From contig JBGAHS010000002.1 in assembly GCA_044226015.1 (NCBI GenBank), forward strand, positions 64,001 to 128,000: a stretch of 64,000 nucleotides of DNA, read 5' to 3'. Under the pieces are notes generated by a model, which was given only the letters and a program-made list of their open reading frames with translations, was not told where the DNA came from and made no database searches. Positions 59,107 to 64,000 of the stretch are shown piece after piece (positions within the stretch are counted from its first letter, which is position 1; each line of letters opens with the position of its first letter). The DNA is from Candidatus Obscuribacteraceae bacterium. GTDB taxonomy: Bacteria > Cyanobacteriota > Vampirovibrionia > Obscuribacterales > Obscuribacteraceae. A program made the position numbers and the translations under genes.

Positions 59107-60429
59107 CTATTTTTTCTTCTTACCGGCGCCGCCCCAATCAAGCAGGAAATCATCATCTGGTTCCGGCTTATCTTCCTTAGCTGGAGCTGCTTCCTTAGGC
59201 TTCTCTTCTTTCTTCGGCGCTGCTGCTTTTGGCTTCGGCGCAGATTGAACGGGTGGAGGCGGCGCCATCATAGATGGGAACCCAATTATCGGAGGTGGCG
59301 GTGGAACCAAACCTGGTGCATGCTTGCCCGGCTTCGGTGCAGCAGGTGCTTTGGGCTCTGCTTTTTTGGGTTCAGCCTTCTTGGGTGGAGGAGTTTTGGG
59401 TCCTTCATCGATAGATTCATCAGGCTCAATCGAATTATTTACAGGTGCAGGTGCAGGTGTAGGCGGCTTTTTCTTAACAGGCGTGAGTAGAACGGCCTTT
59501 GAAGTCAGATTTGCCTTGAGACCTGTAGATGGAACCACTTCACCAGAACTTGCAGCCACCGCTGGCGAAGCTGGCTTCGGTTGAGCTTTCTTCTTCGCTT
59601 CAGCAGCTTTTGCTAATGCCTTCTTCCTTTCTGCCTCAGCCTTGGCTAAAGTTTTCTTCTTGTCTGCATCAGCCTTTTGCTGCGCCTTTTTCTTTTCTTG
59701 AGCCGCTAACTTTTCAGCATTTTCAGCTTGTTTGCGCTTCTCTTCTTCTGCCTTTTTCCTATCAGCATCAGCTTTGGCTTTAGCCTTTGCAGCATCAACC
59801 GAAGCCGTTGGTGGGTTCGTCAACTTCGGCGCTACATTCAGTTTGATTTGCGCTGGTGCAAAGCTAAGCCCCGGAAAGGTCCCCGGATTGCGCCCTTCAT
59901 AAACCGCCTTGTTTCGCTGAATTATTTGTTCAAGAGTTGAAAGCTCGTGATATGCGCGAATTGCATCATCATTACGTTCGTAATCTAGCGCCAATTCCTG
60001 ACGTGCAGCAATATCATCTCCGTGCTTTGAGAGAATAAGCGCCGCATGACGGGCAGCTTCCTCAGGCCGACCTTGCAATCGTTTCAGCTCGGCTAAACGA
60101 ATGTGGGCAGCAGTCGAATTTGGACTCAATTTTACGGTTTGGCTGAGATACTCTTCTGCCTTTGGAAACCGCGACACATTAAGGCAAAGCGAGCCCATAT
60201 CGAAATATATTTCTGCAAGAAACGGTGAGTCAGCACCGTAAGCACCGCGAGCCAGGTCAAGCGCCTGCTGATAACTGCTCAAAGCCGCATCTGTGTCACC
60301 GGCGAACTGCGCTTCGACGGCTCGGGTCCTCAACATGGTTATGCTTTTAGCCGTTTGCTCATCGGCGTGAGCTGGCAAAATCGTTAGAAAAGCGCTCAGA
60401 AGGCTGAAAATCAGAAATTGACGACGCAT
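59107..60429 (-). CDS. Exported TPR protein with Lys/Ala coiled coil and Pro-rich tail
   Basis: Signal peptide ..PAHA/D; TPRs; TolA-like KKAEE/KKAQ region. Confidence 0.8.
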   Translation of the reverse strand: MRRQFLIFSLLSAFLTILPAHADEQTAKSITMLRTRAVEAQFAGDTDAALSSYQQALDLARGAYGADSPFLAEIYFDMGSLCLNVSRFPKAEEYLSQTVKLSPNSTAAHIRLAELKRLQGRPEEAARHAALILSKHGDDIAARQELALDYERNDDAIRAYHELSTLEQIIQRNKAVYEGRNPGTFPGLSFAPAQIKLNVAPKLTNPPTASVDAAKAKAKADADRKKAEEEKRKQAENAEKLAAQEKKKAQQKADADKKKTLAKAEAERKKALAKAAEAKKKAQPKPASPAVAASSGEVVPSTGLKANLTSKAVLLTPVKKKPPTPAPAPVNNSIEPDESIDEGPKTPPPKKAEPKKAEPKAPAAPKPGKHAPGLVPPPPPIIGFPSMMAPPPPVQSAPKPKAAAPKKEEKPKEAAPAKEDKPEPDDDFLLDWGGAGKKKK

Positions 60430-60644
60430 TTATTGACATCCTCCATCAATCTATTCTAATCGCCCCCGAAAAAATGTGAAGTGGATAAACCCTGAGTTTC
60501 ATCTTTGCCTTGGAAAACGGTGGTTTCCTGTTACACTTATCAACGCTAACTCCGTTAAATTAGCCGGTCGATTTCTGGACCTTCGCAGCTTGGGTATAAA
60601 GCTAAGACGCAAAACGGAGATTTCCCCATTATACGGATTGAAAC

Positions 60645-61553
60645 ATGCGCCGACAAAGACATCGCACGCGCGGTAACAAAGAGTCTAATAATTCAAACAA
60701 TACTCAACAACCCGCACTGACTATTCCAGCAAGCACCGCCAGAGTCTACCAAACAGGTATTGACATTAACACCAACATTGGCGAAGGCTTCGGACCTTAT
60801 CGAATCGAAGGTGAAGACGAAATTCTTCCTTTCGTAACCTCGGCAAACATTGCCTGCGGAGCACATTCGGGCGACCCAGTTATCATGGAAGCAGCCCTTG
60901 AGGAAACAAGATATTTTGGCTTGACCCTGGGAGCCCACATTGGCTACCCTGACCTGGCAGGCTTTGGCAGACGCGAAATTCATTTGTCGCCAACAGAGCT
61001 GAGAGCATCCATTTTGTTTCAATTAGGAGCGCTCTCCGGATTGGCTCGAACTCTTGGCTTCGACATTTCACAAGTTCGTCCCCATGGCTTCCTGTACAGA
61101 CAGATGATGTCAGACCTCCGAGTTGCGTTAATCGTGGCTCGAGCTATTGCCGAATTCGACAAATGGCTGGTATTAATCGGACCCGCGGGTCAGACCCTTC
61201 TGCAAGCTGGTGAAAGAGCTGGTCTCAGAGTCGCTGGCGAAGCGTGGATAGACCGAATGTACGACGGAAACGGGCATCTTCTGCCTCACACTCACAGTCG
61301 TGCGCAACTCAAAAATCCACAAGAAATTTTGAAGCAAGCATCAATGCTTATCAACTACGGAACTGTCATGTCTTCAGAAGGAACACAGGTTCGTATCGAT
61401 TATCAAACACTCCATGTTCATGCAAAAATGCCTCAAGCGAAATTGGTTTGCGAGCAGTTGCGTAGCATCATTCCTTACGCCTGTTCATTGACCAGCGAAC
61501 CGTATGCAATCGACAACGAATCTGAACATATGTATCTCGCTTACAGCGAATAG
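60645..61553 (+). CDS. pxpA: LamB/YcsF family protein (5-oxoprolinase subunit A-like), divergent
   Basis: GEGFG, SANIACGAHSGD, GAHIGYPDLAGFGRR, PHG, DRMY. Confidence 0.85.
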   Translation: MRRQRHRTRGNKESNNSNNTQQPALTIPASTARVYQTGIDINTNIGEGFGPYRIEGEDEILPFVTSANIACGAHSGDPVIMEAALEETRYFGLTLGAHIGYPDLAGFGRREIHLSPTELRASILFQLGALSGLARTLGFDISQVRPHGFLYRQMMSDLRVALIVARAIAEFDKWLVLIGPAGQTLLQAGERAGLRVAGEAWIDRMYDGNGHLLPHTHSRAQLKNPQEILKQASMLINYGTVMSSEGTQVRIDYQTLHVHAKMPQAKLVCEQLRSIIPYACSLTSEPYAIDNESEHMYLAYSE

Positions 61554-61625
61554 TCCGTAGTCGCAGCCCTGGCTGCGCAAGAAAACTAAAATTCAGGCGC
61601 AACAAACGCGATATAGATTCAAATG

Positions 61626-61657
61626 AAAGAGGTGGACAAATTTGCCCACCTCTTTTT
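61626..61657. terminator. Bidirectional rho-independent terminator
   Basis: AAAGAGGTGG..CCACCTCTTT TT, between convergent pxpA and VOC genes. Confidence 0.8.
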
Positions 61658-61680
61658 AATAGCGAATCGAAGACTGCTTG

Positions 61681-62178
61681 TTAGTTGCCTGAGCAGCCAG
61701 GCATATTCTTGAATGCTTCCGCTGCTCTCTTCTGGATTTCAGATTCTGTCAAATCTTCTTTGTGTGTTCCGAGTTCCCAGACATAGCCAAATGGATCAAC
61801 AACCATGCCATAGCGATCGCCCCAGAACATGTCAGAAACAGGCATTCTGACGGTGCATCCGGCAGCAACAGCCTTTTCAAATGCAGCATCTACATTTTCA
61901 AAATAGAGCATCATAGAGCAAGCTGGTGCTTGACCAGTAGACTCAGGTGCGTGGCAGCCCATCTCGGGAAACTCATCTACAAGCATGAGCATTGAATCGC
62001 CAATCTGCACTTCGGCGTGCATGGTCTTGGCGCCGTCTGGTCCTTTGTTTACCATGCCTCTTTTAGCAGCGAATGCTTTTTCGTAGAACTCAATAGCCTT
62101 TACCGAATCTTTGAAAGTCAGTCTAGGTGTAAGTGTTGCGAAGCCCTGGCGCTTCCAATTTGCGGTTGCAGTAGACAT
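61681..62178 (-). CDS. VOC/glyoxalase (PhnB-like) family protein
   Basis: ATG 62178 with AGGAG RBS; AIEFYEKAF, MHAEVQIGDS, DMFWGDRYGMVVDPFG. Confidence 0.92.
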   Translation of the reverse strand: MSTATANWKRQGFATLTPRLTFKDSVKAIEFYEKAFAAKRGMVNKGPDGAKTMHAEVQIGDSMLMLVDEFPEMGCHAPESTGQAPACSMMLYFENVDAAFEKAVAAGCTVRMPVSDMFWGDRYGMVVDPFGYVWELGTHKEDLTESEIQKRAAEAFKNMPGCSGN

Positions 62179-62224
62179 ATTGTTCTCCTGATTTTTTCGA
62201 ACTGTAATTGGGGTTCCTGCGTCT

Positions 62225-63070
62225 TTAGAGTGAGACAAACTCTGGCGTAAACTTCTTGTCGATAACGCCTTTCTCGTAAGCCATTTCAAAAAATTTGATA
62301 AGTGCCTTTTTGCCTGACTCACCGAAATCTACGGTAAGTTCATTGACGTACATACCAACAAACTTATCAGCTTGCTCGTCTTTCAAACCACGAGCGAATT
62401 GGAGAGCATAAGCGAGCGCTTCTTCTCGGTTATCTAGTGCGCAACGAATTGAATCTTGCATCATTTTAGTTGCTTTCTTGACCATGTCTTCGCCCAGTGC
62501 TTTTCGCACAACACTTCCGCCAAGCGGCAATGGAAGCCCGGTTTGCTCGTACCACCATTCACCAAGGTCTATGATTTTTTTCAAGCCCATTTCGGCATAT
62601 GTTAGCTGTCCTTCGTGAATGATCAACCCGGCATCAACATGCTTATCACGCACTGCCTCCAAAATTTCATTGAACGGCATCTCAACGATATTCAAATTCT
62701 GCTCAATCAAACGAAGCGTCAAATATGCGGATGTCTGCTTGCCTGGAATAGCCAACTTCAGATTCTTCAAATCTGAGATTTTGATGTTGTCTCGCGCAAC
62801 TACCATCGGTCCGTATTTCAATCCCATGCTGGAGGCACAGGGCATTAAAGCGTAAGTCTCAGCTAGCTCAGGATATGCAGCAAAAGAAATTGCTGAAACA
62901 TCATACAAAGCATTTTTTGCTTCGACGTTGAGTGACTGAATGTCCTTCATCACCTGATGAACTTTCACTCCGTATGTCTCAACTTTGCCAGCAGCAAGTC
63001 CGTAAAACATGAATGCATCATCGGAATCTGGGCTGTGAGCGATAGTAATTTCTTTAACAGCTGTAACCAT
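62225..63070 (-). CDS. mqnD: 1,4-dihydroxy-6-naphthoate synthase (futalosine menaquinone pathway)
   Basis: AHSPDSDDAFMFY, YGPMVV, IPG..TSA, IIHEGQLTY, TGLPLPLGG; ATG 63070 with AGGAGG. Confidence 0.9.
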   Translation of the reverse strand: MVTAVKEITIAHSPDSDDAFMFYGLAAGKVETYGVKVHQVMKDIQSLNVEAKNALYDVSAISFAAYPELAETYALMPCASSMGLKYGPMVVARDNIKISDLKNLKLAIPGKQTSAYLTLRLIEQNLNIVEMPFNEILEAVRDKHVDAGLIIHEGQLTYAEMGLKKIIDLGEWWYEQTGLPLPLGGSVVRKALGEDMVKKATKMMQDSIRCALDNREEALAYALQFARGLKDEQADKFVGMYVNELTVDFGESGKKALIKFFEMAYEKGVIDKKFTPEFVSL

Positions 63071-63170
63071 TGCGAGTTGCCTCCTGACAGGTCTCTGTCT
63101 ACAGAAGTCGTATCTGCTTCTGCTATCTGGCAATTGTCGCGCTTATGGCTCTAATACTGTCAAAATGTGA

Positions 63171-64000
63171 TCAATTCTTTCGTTTTATACTCCATCCCAT
63201 CGGATGAGGACTCTGATAATTGGAAGGCAGTGATGGTGTTTCATAGACCCGGCGAAGCGTATTCAAGTCGCGAGGACTTATGGCACTATATTTGGTGGCA
63301 TTAGCCAAATTATCCATCGGGTACATCATGTCTGAGGCATCGTTGCTATGTCCAAAAATACCGATTGCATGCCCGACTTCATGTTCAGCTACCTTCTTGA
63401 GAGCTGTTTGCGGTGTGTCGGGCAAATAATAGCTTGGACGCAAGAGGTAAACAGTGACACGCATACGCCCATTGAAGACTTCTAGATTTGTTTGGCCGTG
63501 CGCATGCGGAGGCAAGTGGTTAATCCAGGCGATTTCGATGTCCGCAGCCTCCGAAACAGAGGCAACACGCACTGGAATATAGCGCCCCCAAGATTGCACG
63601 GCTTCTTCAAGAGCCTGATGCCACGGTGCCGGCGACCCCTGTGGCAAATGAATCAGTACAGGAAAATTTTTCCACCTTGCTACCGACCCACTGGGAAACT
63701 TGCTTACATTTGCGAAATAATCACCAACACCTGCTTTTTGCGGAATAGCTCTAACTACATTTTCTGCATCGAGTGCCGCAAGGTTATTTTGTGCTGCTGT
63801 CGCCCTGCCACCGCCATTGGTGCCCGGCATTTGCGTAAGAGGCGGCGTAGAGCTCCGATTGCCCACCTGATTCTGGTTGAAATTGCCTTGATTCTGATTA
63901 GCTAGATTGCCAGGGCGTGATTGATTTTGATTCACTCCCATTTGCTGATTGGAATTATTTTGAGCAGCTCCGAAGCCTGAGTTCATGCCGTTGCGAAATC
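63171..64000 (-). CDS. Matrixin-like metalloprotease with N/Q-rich linker (5' end beyond window)
   Basis: HEVGHAIGIFGHS..DMMY..RDLNTL; frame is open to the right edge. Confidence 0.88.
   Translation of the reverse strand, partial: FRNGMNSGFGAAQNNSNQQMGVNQNQSRPGNLANQNQGNFNQNQVGNRSSTPPLTQMPGTNGGGRATAAQNNLAALDAENVVRAIPQKAGVGDYFANVSKFPSGSVARWKNFPVLIHLPQGSPAPWHQALEEAVQSWGRYIPVRVASVSEAADIEIAWINHLPPHAHGQTNLEVFNGRMRVTVYLLRPSYYLPDTPQTALKKVAEHEVGHAIGIFGHSNDASDMMYPMDNLANATKYSAISPRDLNTLRRVYETPSLPSNYQSPHPMGWSIKRKN

Noticed and set aside
62179..62322. N-terminal extension of the VOC ORF
   Set aside because: Overlaps mqnD; ATG 62178 has a good RBS

Overview
Gene-dense, ~46-47% GC bacterial chromosome segment with no tRNA, rRNA, CRISPR array, integrase or transposase that I could recognise. 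Gene content suggests, by inference only, a non-photosynthetic Cyanobacteriota lineage (Vampirovibrionia/Melainabacteria, Obscuribacterales-like): divergent SufR, At5g03900-like protein, GH57 branching enzyme, futalosine MqnD, KdsA, and many TPR/MshEN and exported hydrolase genes. Recognisable blocks: membrane protein-FIST-TonB C-terminal-AmmeMemo B/A fusion; GS-like ligase plus FluG-type amidohydrolase; 2-oxoacid:ferredoxin oxidoreductase alpha/beta; guaD-hpt; BNR beta-propeller-MoaD/ThiS-MoeB; topB; sufC-B-D-Rieske-S-U-T with divergent sufR; GH57-pyk; kdsA with two double-retropepsin/TPR proteases; ECF sigma/double-zinc-finger anti-sigma/Spy-CpxP; pxpA; VOC; mqnD. The best leads read directly from the DNA are (i) three copies of an ECF promoter motif TGAAC(C/T)-N16-CGT(T/C)T, one upstream of the ECF sigma gene itself, defining a putative regulon; (ii) an orphan sigma70 promoter firing into a ~180-nt region with nested rod-like pairing (candidate 6S-like ncRNA) at 44.4-44.6 kb; (iii) a beta-propeller/ubiquitin-like/E1 operon with no Moco or thiamine partners nearby; and (iv) a signal-less peptidoglycan hydrolase with a possibly degenerate amidase-like N-terminal domain.
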